This document shows positions 1 to 11,875 of a stretch of 64,000 nucleotides of DNA, piece after piece (within the stretch, counting starts at the first letter, position 1; each line of letters begins with the position of its first letter). Source of the DNA: Octopus vulgaris. Taxonomy: Eukaryota. Position numbers and translations under genes: made by a program. The stretch spans positions 184,078,001 to 184,142,000 of the forward strand of contig OX597815.1 in the NCBI GenBank assembly GCA_951406725.2. The letters run 5' to 3'. Under the pieces are notes generated by a model. The model searched no databases, was not told the DNA's origin, and saw only the letters and a program-made list of their open reading frames with translations.

Positions 1-485
1 GTGTCGATCCTTCCGCCCCACCGCTAATTTCCTCTCACATCTCCATCTGGCTTTAATCGATGCCTGTTTACAGAATTTAGCATTTTTGAGAAATCTTAGA
101 AGCTATTATGCTATTTTTAGGGACAAACTTTTGAGTTGATTTTTACACAGACACACACACACTGATATATATATATATACCAAATATACGACAGGCTCTC
201 CTTTTCAGTTTCCGCCTCTTGTACTCTCCTGCATCTCCCTCTCTCCTTTGTAGCACTCTCCCACTCTTTGTCTCATGTATTATAAAGACTTCATTAAATC
301 CAGTTGTTATTGTTAATTTTGTGTGTGTCCATATGGTGTGTGTGTCTCAATGATTGTGCGCATGCACGCGTGTATGTGCATTTGTGTGTGTTAGTGTATT
401 TGTGTGTTTATGTATTTGTGTGTGTGTGTATGTTTGTATATTCGTATTTGCGTGTTTAGACATGTATAGTTGCATAGTGTGTTTA

Positions 486-562
<77 letters not shown>

Positions 563-1709
563 ATATATATAAAATAGTTGTGTGCCAGTGTGTGATGTGT
601 ATTACTCTGTGTGTAGCAGGCTGTTGATATGTAAACCTACATTAGACACAGCAGTTGAACATTGTACATTCCAGTATTGGCAACCGAATGATGTTTAAAT
701 GTGCAGTAAATGGCACAAGAAGAAGGCAGATGGTCGGATCAATAGGTTAAACAGATCATAACATCGATGATACTATCATTGACAGTTTATCATGAAGTTG
801 CGACAAGGGACACTATTCAATTGCATATTTTCCCAATCAGTAAAGAAGTTGTTTGGTAGAGACAACTTACTGTTGGCAGAGCACAGTAATTTGACGAGTG
901 TTCCATTAATTTGCAGTGTCCCCACAATACGTGTGGCACGAAGCAATTTTGGGCTTGAAATGTCCAAGCAGTAAATTAAACACGGATTGTGAAGTGAAAC
1001 TCTTAACCACTCACGTCTTGCGCCTATCCAACCCCACCCACCACTATATAGATATATGTGTGTATGTATGTATATGTGTGTGTGTGCGTGTACTTGTGTG
1101 TGTGTATAAGTGTATATATACGTGTGTATGTGTCCATGTATTTACGTGCGTGTGTGTTATGTATGTGTGTGCACGTGAGCTGTGTGGCTGTGAGATATGA
1201 AGTCGATGTTATAAGACACCAGGCTTACAAAGAATTTATCATATGGGTAGATTTCTTCAACGGAAAGGCGGTACTCGCATGGTAACCAATACTCAACAGC
1301 GCAATTCTAAGTACAGAGCAACTGAAAAGAGTAATATATATATATATTGCAGCTTGACGATTAGGCGACCATTCATATATATATATATATAGCTGGATAT
1401 ATAAAATATATATATATATATATACATAGCGTATATATATGTATATGATAATATGTATATATATATATACAATCGCTACTTACTGTATATATATGTATAT
1501 ATACAGTACGGTATATATATATATGAGCATATGCGATATATGTATATACAAGTATATATATATATGGACATATATATATATAATAATATATATATATTCA
1601 TATATATATACATATAGTATATGTACATATATATATATGACCTCACCACACGCGACCTCCCCACATATTTATATATATATACATATATATAAGCAAGAAA
1701 ATAGCACGC

Positions 1710-2135
1710 AGGATCAATATTTCTACAATTGTTTTCGTATGAAGACACCTGAGTTCAAGGCCGCAAATATTGAGTACAGTCTCTCGGGGTCATATTCCAG
1801 AATTCAAGTACATTCTTCATTATTATGGATGACTTACATTTGTCAATTCTTGTTGTTCGAACTAAGAGGTTTTTTAAAGCCAAATACTATTTTTAAAACC
1901 TGTTAATTGACTGTGCAACATTAGCCGAGAACTTTGATGTTCGTCGATCTAAATCTGATTTTTATAGAACTAATCCCGAATGTTGTCTGAGTTTGTAACC
2001 TCACCCCTTAGATGTGAGAAAGATGTATTTCGTCTGCCGCTGATGAGTTCAAACGAGGTCGTATTTGCCTGCAATATTTGCAGCCTTAATAAAAGGTGTC
2101 TTCGTTACGCAAACAATTGTCCGAAATATTGATCC
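1710..2135. mobile_element. Decayed MITE-like element with about 63-bp imperfect inverted repeats
   Basis: 1710-1772 (ggatcaatatttctacaattgttttcgtatgaagacacc...caaatattg) is an imperfect reverse complement of 2072-2135. Confidence 0.5.
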
Positions 2136-2245
2136 ATTTTTGTTGCCTTTTTTCGTTATAATCGTCCCCTCTATGTTTAGCCTCTTGTGGGCAATAAAGA
2201 AATAAGAAAAGTGTTTACATATACATGCATACATAAACATATGTG

Positions 2246-2301
<56 letters not shown>

Positions 2302-2475
2302 TAAGAAAGTTTGTTTGGTAAAGCACGTGGGTGAATATATAAGAAAATAGTAAAGTGTGAAAAAACGACAGAAGGCTTAAATGTTAAAAAATATATATAT
2401 TTGTGTCAAAATGTCTGGAGAATATTGGAAACATTTTTTTCTTTTCCTTAAAATGACATAATTTAAAAATTTTTA

Positions 2476-2515
2476 AAGAAATTACCGGTTTCGCGTGTAG
2501 CTTTTCAAATTTCTT
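2476..2515 (-). ncRNA. Minimal type I hammerhead ribozyme motif, U3-A8 core variant, in PLE 3' pseudo-LTR
   Basis: AAGAAAU-UUGAAAA-GC(uacac)GC-GAAA-CCGG-UA-AUUUCUU: 7-bp stem I and palindromic stem III. Confidence 0.75.
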
Positions 2516-2651
2516 GTGACGTTATGTTTATATTGCATGGGATTATCGTTGTTTTTATTTCCAGGAGATTTCTAAATAAGGGGAGGTAGTGAGTGATTTT
2601 TTCCGGTGTAGGGGAGATAATCGCTTAAAAATTTTTTTTTCCTTTTCCTTG

Positions 2652-4981
2652 TTAATTTCTCTGTGTCAGTATGTTCGGATGGTTGAGTCTGGGTTTGTAC
2701 TTTTCAATGAAGAATGTTTCCTTGTTCAGTCTCATTTGTGTTGATGATCCGAAAGCACATTGGTAAAATGGGAAGATTAAAAATTGTGGCAGTAGTTGCT
2801 TTGCGCATTTCTCAATGTGCTCACTAAAAGGTATCATTCTATATTCTGGGAATGCAATCTGTTGTCGATGCAGTGTGCATCTGCGCCTGAGTGATAGTCC
2901 CGTGGAACCCACGTAGTCTTGGTGGCAGCCCGAGCATTTAATAACATAAATTATGTTTTCAGAGGCACAAGTAAAGTTAGATTTGATCTTAAATTTCTGT
3001 CCCTCTTTAAAGAAGAATTCTGATCCTTCCAATAGGTTAGGACATGTTGCACAGTTCGATCTACCACATTTTTTTACTTTTGCATCCGTAATTTTAGAAG
3101 ACAATTTTGCCTTTGTGAGAATCTTTTTAAGTGATTTAGGCTGTTTGTAGCTTTTAATGATTTGGTGTATGTTTAGAATTTCCTTTAATTTTGGGTTTTT
3201 ATGAAGTATTGGTAAATTCTGGGTGATGATGGTGAAGGCTTTTTTGTTTCTGGGGTTGTATGTAGATATGTAAGGTAGTATTTTCGGGGAAGGTGTGTTG
3301 TTGTGTTGAACTTTTCTTAAAGTTTCTATGTTGATTTCTGTTGCACGTCTGATCCCATCCTCTATGAGTTGAGCTGGGTAATGTCTGTCAATTAGGGTGT
3401 TTTTGAGTTCTTGCAGTCTAAAGTTCCTGGTATTTTGTTCTGACACTATTGTGCATATCCTTCTTGCAAGGTTGAAGGGGATGTTTGTTTTAGTGTGTCT
3501 TGGGTGGCATGAATTTAAAAGAAGGTATTGTTTGGCGTCTGTGGCTTTGTAAAAAATGTCTGTTTCTATTTTAAGGTTAATTTTTTTAATTAGTATATCC
3601 AAGAACGGGAGCTCCTTTTGGTTGTATTCCATTGTGAACTGTATATTTGGGTTTATGCTGTTCAATAGGTTTTTAAATTTTAGGAGTTTATCTATGTTTT
3701 CATTCCAGAGAATGAAACAATCGTCTAGGAATCGTTTCCAATTCTCTTTTATGTATTGAGAGAGGGAGTTTCCAAAGATTGATAGAGATTCCTGGTACAT
3801 GATTATTTCCATGTATCCCATTGTTAAGTTCGCAATGACTGGTGCTGCCCTTGTACCCATAGCAATTCCGGATTTTTGACGGTAAAATGTATTGTCAAAC
3901 ATGAAGTGGTTATTGTGTAGGATGAATTCAATTGATTTAGTAATGAATTCCTTACTGATCCTTTTGGTATTTCTTCCGGAAATTGGTCTAACCAGAATTG
4001 TATTGCCTCCAGTCCATAATTATGAGGTATACTGGTATACAAGTTGACTACATCAAATGAAACCAGGATTGTTTCTTCCTTGGTTTTTTTTGGAAGGTGG
4101 TTTAACATATCTAAGTCATCTCTGATATGGCTATCGATATGTTTAAGGAAGGGTTTCAAGAGGATGTCCATAAGTAGACTTAGTCTGTGTGTTTCACAGG
4201 TTGGGCCAGCTACAATGGGTCGTAGTTTTAGGTCCCCCGGATTAGGTGTGTGTATGTATGTCTTTGGTGATTTTTTAATGGTTTCATTTATAATTTGACT
4301 TTTATGAATTTTTGGCAGACCATAGAAAAGGCTAGGTTTGCATTTAAAGTTTGTTAGGAAATCAATCTCTTTGGTTGTCAGTTCCTTTTCATGAGTTTTA
4401 ATTAGTGAAGATAGAGTTTTCATTATTTTTTGTGGGGTGTAGTTGGTAATTTTTTCATAATGTAGGTCTTCATCAAGCAAGGAAATTACAAGATTTCTGT
4501 AGTATGATGTATCCATTATTACAACTGCATTTCCCTTGTCCGCTTCCTTAATGGTTATATCTTCATCATTTTGGAGTTCTATCAGTTCTTTCCATTGTGT
4601 AGTGTTAAAATTTGGGTTAGCTTTCTGTTTATGTATAGTATGGTAGGGGAAGTTCTCAATGTGGTTACAGAATTCGTCAAGATCTTTATTTCTTCCTCTG
4701 TGTGGGATGTGTTCACTTTTGTTCTTGACTAGTGATTCATCTTCAGTATTGAAACTGTTTGATGCTTCTGCTAGTCTTAATTTTCTGCAAAATTCTGTTA
4801 TATTATCCTTGAGTTCATTTAGGTTTGCTCTGCGTGGAGTTGGTGTAAATTTGAGCCCTTTTGCGAGGATGTCAATTTTTATGTTAGAAAGAGGTTTGGT
4901 TGAAAGATTGATTATCTTCGGTTTTTCCTTATTACTAGGTTCCAGCCTGTGTCCTGGTGTCCCTGGTCCCTGGCTAAAAAA
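2652..4981 (-). CDS. PLE reverse transcriptase plus Cys-rich linker plus GIY-YIG endonuclease (one frameshift near 3963)
   Basis: Motifs IINLS..KGLKFTPTP, IKEADKGNAVVIMD, FYGLPKIHK, LRPIVAG, SFDVVNLYTSIP, YRQKSGIAMG, WKRFLDDCF, LPFLDI, NSCHP, CGRSNCATC, IIYVIKCSGCHQDYVGSTG. ORFs 3824-4516 and 2652-3902 join if one A is added to the run at 3962-3965. Confidence 0.93.
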
Positions 4982-5652
4982 TGTTGGGTGTAATTTTGTT
5001 TGTATGAGTTGTCTGTGAGGTTGTGTGGTATTTGGTCGGGGGAGTGGTGGTATTGTTGCCTCCGATCGTTGTGTGTGTGTGGGAATCTATGGTTGTTAAT
5101 GCTTGTGGTGTGTGTAAAATTTCTGTATGGGGAATATTTTTGTTTCGAACTTCTTGTATGTGGGATGTTGCTTGACATAGTGTTTCTTTGCGTTTGTCTT
5201 GTGTTTAGTGGGGACCAGTAGTTTTGGTTCATGGGGTAGTAGTGATTTGTGTGTGGTGTATTTCTTATCCTAGTGTCGTATTGTGCTGTATGGTGGTTGG
5301 GTCTGGTATTAGGATGTTGTTGGTTTGTTCTGTTTTTGGTGTAATTTCTTTCATAGACGCGTCCTCTTTCAGCTAGTTCCCTGTTAGGTCTAGCGTGGTT
5401 TGTAAAGGTTGGTTGTGGGTGATTTCTGTTTTTAGTGTATGGAGGATAGTTGGGGGTTGTTCGTGGGTTGTTAGGTTTTTCTTTTTTATTTATTGTAATT
5501 TTCTTAAGGAAGGGATTATTTGTACCCAATTCATTTTTGAAGGTTTCACTATATTTTTGGAAGAAGTCCATGTTTTTCTCCCAGCGTAGGAGAGAATTTC
5601 TCTCTTCTCTCTCACAGGAATCCTTCCAGTGATCCAATGTATTATCGAGGGG
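4912..5652 (-). CDS. 5'-truncated upstream ORF of the PLE (low-complexity, N/T/R/H/P-rich)
   Basis: About 245 open codons overlapping the start of the RT frame; cut at 5652 by the inverted arm, so the track's start codon at 5667 is an artefact. Confidence 0.65.
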   Translation of the reverse strand, partial: PLDNTLDHWKDSCEREERNSLLRWEKNMDFFQKYSETFKNELGTNNPFLKKITINKKEKPNNPRTTPNYPPYTKNRNHPQPTFTNHARPNRELAERGRVYERNYTKNRTNQQHPNTRPNHHTAQYDTRIRNTPHTNHYYPMNQNYWSPLNTRQTQRNTMSSNIPHTRSSKQKYSPYRNFTHTTSINNHRFPHTHNDRRQQYHHSPDQIPHNLTDNSYKQNYTQHFLARDQGHQDTGWNLVIRKNRR

Positions 5653-5950
5653 TTTTAGTGAGCACATTGAGAAATGCGCAAATTTTTAATCTTCCCATTT
5701 TACCAATGTGCTTTCGGATCATCAACACAAATGAGACTGAACAAGGAAACATTCTTCATTGAAAAGTACAAACCCAGACTCAACCATCCGAACATACTGA
5801 CACAGAGAAATTAACAAGGAAAAGGGAAAAAAAATTTTTAAGCGATTATCTCCCCTACACCGGAAAAAATCACTCACTACCTCCCCTTATTTAGAAATCT
5901 CCTGGAAATAAAAACAACGATAATCCCATGCAATATAAACATAACGTCAC

Positions 5951-5990
5951 AAGAAATTTGAAAAGCTACACGCGAAACCGGTAATTTCTT
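5951..5990 (+). ncRNA. Second identical copy of the PLE hammerhead motif in the inverted arm
   Basis: aagaaat ttgaaaa gctacacgc gaaa ccgg ta atttctt. Confidence 0.75.
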
Positions 5991-6124
5991 TAAAAATTTT
6001 TAAATTATGTCATTTTAAGGAAAAGGAAAAAAAATGTTTCCAATATTCTCCAGACATTTTGACACAAATATATATATTTTTTAACATTTAAGCCTTCTGT
6101 CGTTTTTTCACACTTTACTATTTT

Positions 6125-6184
<60 letters not shown>

Positions 6185-8009
6185 TTTTATATATGTACAT
6201 ATGGGTGTTCAACATATACGTATGTACACATGTGCGTATATGTATGCTCATATTGGCGTTGAATGAAATGGCACTTTCTTCTATAGATTCAAAGGACCGG
6301 TAACTTCTGGTTAACGGGACACAACATACTGAAACACCGGTTTCGTTTCCGTCAATAAGCCTAGTGTGTTACAAACACATCGTCATCGTAAAAAGGAAGA
6401 TATGAAAATACATGCATGAGAATATACACATAAAACAAAATATACGTACATACATACATATAGACAGACAGACTTACAGACATCCATGTATACATACATA
6501 CATACATACATACATACATACATACATACATGAATACATACATATAGAGAGACAGACATACAGACATCCACGTATGCATACATACATGCAAATTACCCTA
6601 TTGCTATTGTTGAAATTCCTGTGAAGGAGCCTTGTATGTAAGTTAGAAACCGTCTCCTTTTCTGCTGGCATGAAATCTTGAAATAAAACTAATCAACGAC
6701 ATGCATACATACATACATACATACATACATACATACATACATACATACATACATACATACATGCATACATACAACACGAGGTTAAAGAAAATAAAAAAAA
6801 CGTAGAATGTTCTGTATGCATAGAATCGATAAATAACTAGGTGTTGGTCGTTCTTTGACTTTTTACTAGTTGCGATCTGGTCTATTTATGCTTTAATCCG
6901 AAATAGTTAACACGTAGAAATGTCCCAATTAACAGTGATACTGACGTCCTCTTGGAACGAAACCTGCCATTGGCTGTTGCATCATATTACTCTGATGAGA
7001 TCTACTAACGAACACATATCTCTCTCAGTTCATCATTGATAAAATCTTCACACGTGACTGATGACATCACTAGAGTCGGAAATGAGCTTTTCATATTCCC
7101 TGTCAATTGATGAAAAATGTACGCTCGTAGAAAATGCTAAGTTCTAAGGTTACTTTTCATCAGAAGATTAACTTGGTACAATGATAGCAACATAGACAAA
7201 CAATACGGTGTGTCGGTTCTTGACAACCGTTATATTAGGTTCCACTTTGAAGGATATTCTTCTGCAATAAAGGAGTAACAAATATATACAAAATACATGA
7301 TGGACAAAAGAGAAATGTGCAGATATCAACCGTGTTTCAACGACCGATAAAGGTTCTGTGGATTAATATTGAAGATATCATTCACATTAATAATAATTGT
7401 CCGAAAATATATTCACTCTATTGCCACCAGCCAATTGAACATTTATAGCAGCTAAAAAAGATAAAAACACTTCCTTTAGCTTCTTATCCAGATGGTTCCA
7501 CGTTCAATTTTACCGCGCGACACAGGAACAAAATAACATTTACCATAACATATCGTTCATCGCATGCTTGTTCATGGATTATAAGAAATAATGAATGGGG
7601 GTTCTGTGTTGATAGATAAAAACCGGACTTCTTAAACGCAGTGCTGCTTCTGTGAAACATTTTTTTGCTAAGCATTTTATGAAGATGCATATATTTCTTT
7701 CCCTGTAACATAATATTTTTGAAAACTCAGCTAACTTATTCATAAAAAGCGTTTCACGCCACACCAAAATGAAGACAAATCAAGCAGAGGCCATAGAATT
7801 GAAATGTTCTTTAATTCGCATTAACTTTGGGAGTTCTTTCATGAATTTAAAAGTTCCCTTGAGAGTAAAAAACAAGAATATAAAAAATATTATGAACAGA
7901 ATCAGCAGCGAAACACTATAATATTCAGAAATACTTGAATTGATAATATGCAACACAATTCACTCAAAAAATACAAAATACTAAAGACAACAACCATCAA
8001 GGATAATGA

Positions 8010-8195
8010 TTTCGAACTTTAGCCAGGGAGAGAAATAAGTCGATTACACACATCCCAGTTCTGTGCTGGTACTTGTTTTTGCGACCCTGAAAGGATGAAA
8101 AGCATAGTCTACCTCGTCAGAATTTGAACTCAAAACGCAAAGTCAGATGAAATGTCGCTAAACATTTTGCACAATATGCAAACGGTTCTGCTATC
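8010..8195 (-). mobile_element. tRNA-derived SINE family A, diverged copy
   Basis: Matches the family core (cgaccccgaaaggatgaaaggcaaagtcgacctc...gaatttgaactc) seen elsewhere in the window. Confidence 0.75.
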
Positions 8196-8323
8196 TTACC
8201 ATTGTAACAAGCATTAAAAGTAATGAGAATAAAACGTAACACTCAAATTCTAAAGAAATTTCCCTAAGCATCTTTCGCGGATTAGCAATGAGGAAATAAG
8301 TTTTTAAAAGTATAATAATAATA

Positions 8324-8785
8324 GCCCTGATGCAGTACCAATGCCCTGACGGGGAACAGTCAGTCCCTTGATGCAGTACCAATGCTTTGATGCAGTACCT
8401 TCAAAGCCCCTATGCAGTACCAGGCATTGGCTCTTAAGGTTTCTCATCTTAACTGGTTGGAAGTGCAATCATGTATATTGTTTTGTCTTGGTATAAATAA
8501 TGGGCTACAGCAAATATTCTGCGCAATACCACGGATTTGATTGTCAGTAGCTTCACCATAACCAGTTCAGTATGTCTCTTAGTGGCTGCCGATATGTGCA
8601 TCTCTGATCACGAGCAGGAGTATTGGGGGAATTCTTTGGTGTTTGATTAATTCACCTCTGGAAACATGAGGGTTTCTTTCAACATCATTAAACAACCCTT
8701 ATTCAGGGATCTTTTGAGCGGGATGGACTACTCGGTCTGAAGAAAATTCTAACTGGTTCCCACTTGCATGGTCATGGGATGTTTA
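8324..8785 (-). mobile_element. (AAT)n-associated interspersed repeat family C
   Basis: Homologous to 26712-27100 and 52628-53052; end abuts (AAT)n; the tgatgcagtacc motif occurs about four times at the end. Confidence 0.75.
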
Positions 8786-8812
8786 TATATTGTTTATATA
8801 TATTTATATGTA

Positions 8813-10100
8813 CTAGCAAAATCTCCCGGCGTTACTCGGGTTAAAGAGAATAAGGAAATTTAAAATAATGCCGTGTAGATTACGCAGGTCTCATCTACTA
8901 GGAGCTGAGATACCAATTTTCCACATTAATAACTATCCAGCCCATGCCAGCATGGAACATAGACATTAAGTGAAATGTCAAAAGAAAGTTTTCAACTCAT
9001 ATATGTTTAAAAATTAAATATACGTAATTCAAAAACACATTTTGTATAACTTATTACGTAACCAAAAACAGGTACAGATTTTAAACAGTGAAAGGCCGAT
9101 TTTAGTGATTCATTTGACAGAGGTAATAGAGAGCAGAGCCAATCTGGTGATAAATCTGACCTTAGATCTTGAAAGTTTGCATGAATCCTTGCTTAGTTAA
9201 ATCTCTTGTGGATCCAAATTATGTCATCTGTAGTGCAGCGTTGTACTGTCTAATTTTGTTTTGGAAGTGCTTGGAATCTTGGTCACTTGATGACAACAAT
9301 TTCTTTAATGGCTCTGCAAGTTGAAGGATTGCAGTGAGTAACCTTTCCACCACTGCAGCACAGTGCAGGTGTCTCTCCAGGCCACTTCCTCGCTTTATAA
9401 TGTATGTACTCAATTGTCATTGCACCATTGGAAACTCTAGTGCTATCTTCATAATGAACTGATGGAACATAATTGAAGGTGCTTCATAGAAATGATTTCT
9501 CTGAGCTGTTGCAACTGCTCTTCCTTCTGCAGTGGAGATCATATTCCTTGCCAGCCGTTCATACCTCTGTTCAACACTTTGAGGTGCTCTGGCGTTTGTA
9601 GTGCACAGTCTGTTCGTTTCTTGATATGCACCTCTTTCTGCAGCTGTCTCTCTTTCCCTGGACAGAGACATTCTTTTAGCTGACCTTGACATTGTAGACG
9701 AATTTGACACTTTCCTTCTAAGTATGGTTATATACGTATACAGAAATACACGGCTGTAGAGATCGTAAACAATGAAAATAACTGGGCAATGGAAATTACA
9801 TTTCTTATTACGACGGGCAGGAAGTAAATAAAAAAATTTTGAAACGAAACGAAACTTGCCAGTGAAGCAAAACAAAAACTGTTAACAACAGATAAAACAC
9901 AGAAAAAAGCCGTTAACAAAGAAAAACACAAAACAGTTGCAAAAACAACGGTTTTGTGTTTTCTGTTGTTAATGAGAGATTAACTAAGGGTATGAACTTA
10001 AGTAAAATTTTTGAAGTTACTTCTGTCAGTAAATTATGAAATTAACTATTAGGACCAACACCGTTTGGAAATCGGTGTTGATTCAAAGTCAGTGAACAGC
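8813..10100 (-). mobile_element. Internally deleted Helitron with decayed Rep/helicase N-terminal coding remnant
   Basis: 3' hairpin cccgagtaacgccggg then CTAG at 8813-8816; decayed translation KWPGETPALCCSGGKV and FQNKIRQYNAALQMT*FG...FKI*GQIYHQIGS typical of the Helitron N-terminus. 5' boundary uncertain. Confidence 0.85.
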
Positions 10101-10268
10101 AATGACGAAACGGGTATCACTTCCTATATTGACACATGATAATGATTTTTATTCTTCTTCCTTTCACCTCAAATCACTTATTTGTATGTATATATCTTTA
10201 GTTTTATTAAAAAAAGCATTTATTTTTATACCTAGTGGGCATTTTCTTTGTTTCTTCTTACTTTTACC

Positions 10269-10326
<58 letters not shown>

Positions 10327-11550
10327 GTGTGTTTGTGTGTGTGTTTGTGTGTGTGCAATAATTATAGCGATAAAGACTATGGAGACTGGAACCTCCGCAA
10401 GATATATTTCCTTTTATTTTACAATGTCATACGACATATTTTTTGGGCTACGACGGCCTAACGCGCTTTTGCTGCACAGAGTATGAGTTGTTCTATATAT
10501 TGCATGGCGTCGTATGATATGCCATAAAACTGACAAACAATCCAGATAATATTATAATCTAATGAAGTGAACACGGAATTACCGATCGCAGGAATTTACA
10601 GCATTAGTGCCAATACCTTGTAATCATAGACGTTAAATACTAATCGATGCAGATGGCAATGATTTAGAACATAACTGAGAGCTACCGCAGTAACCACACG
10701 AATAATATGCCCCTCCAAACTCTCATACACACTCACACTCACACACACACACACACACACGCGCGCACATACACATATATTTAATATAAATCCCGTCCTG
10801 TCTCTGTGTGTGTGTATGCGAAAAAATTTATATCGGCCGTATGTTTTAACTGATTTTGTCCAATCTCGGAATATACATGAATTATGTTCCAGGGGTTACA
10901 AAACACCCGTGTGTGGGTAACGTGCAGAAAGCAGGTTACTCTTTGCGAAGTAACTTTCAGAAATTTCGTGTCTCCCTTACATCTATTGCTAATAAAGAAA
11001 TATATAAAATATTGCTTTTTATATTAGATTCACATCTTTGAAAGTTTTTTAAAATATTTACTTCTAGCGTCAGTGACATCTATAGCTCTCTATATCTCTT
11101 TATCCATATCTCTCTCTGTTTCTCTCTATCTATATCTCTCTAGCCATCTTTATCTCTATATCTATGTATGTATCTATCTATCTGTATCTACCTTTTTATG
11201 TCTTAGCTATCTATATCTATCTTATATGTCTAACTACCTAGCTCTTTCTCTCTTTCCCTCTCTCTCTATAATGCACTCACTATCTATTGTTTTAACTTTC
11301 ATTTTCAGATGCTATTGCTTTCACTGTAAGTTTCCAATCACTATTTACAAACAACAACGACAAATTATAGACAAAAAGTTCACAATTACTGACGAAAGTC
11401 TTTTCATACGCAATTTACTGGCAGAAGTAACTTCGTAATTTTCACATCAATCCGTACACTTTGTTAAATTTGCCTAGAAATTTCTTATTTCCTTTCGCAA
11501 CTTTGTGTACACTTTTTCTTTGAAACCTGTTTCTATTCTATATATATATG

Positions 11551-11696
<146 letters not shown>

Positions 11697-11823
11697 TATA
11701 TACACACACACATATGTATACATACATATTTATACACACACATACACACACATACAAACACATAAATTCATTCGACTAAAACTGCTTAAAGTAGTGACTA
11801 TTCATGACTGCAGTCTTATGACT

Positions 11824-11864
<41 letters not shown>

Positions 11865-11875
11865 CATATCCTTGA

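Larger units (their letters stand above)
2300..6133 (-). mobile_element. Penelope-like retroelement (Neptune-like), 5'-truncated with inverted pseudo-LTR, inserted in (TA)n
   Basis: RT and C-terminal GIY-YIG coding region; arms 2335-2829 and 5653-6133 are near-identical inverted repeats; (TA)n tracts on both flanks. Confidence 0.95.

Noticed and set aside
871-953. Putative minus-strand exon with strong GTAAGT donor
   Set aside because: No recognisable protein and no linked exon; cannot be supported from sequence alone.
6990-7015. ctgatga occurrences at 6993, 36919 and 62703
   Set aside because: No stem II/GAAA or stem I support; expected by chance.
7545-7702. Putative minus-strand exon (GKKYMHLHKML...)
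   Set aside because: Splice-like dinucleotides present, but no homology recognised; insufficient evidence.
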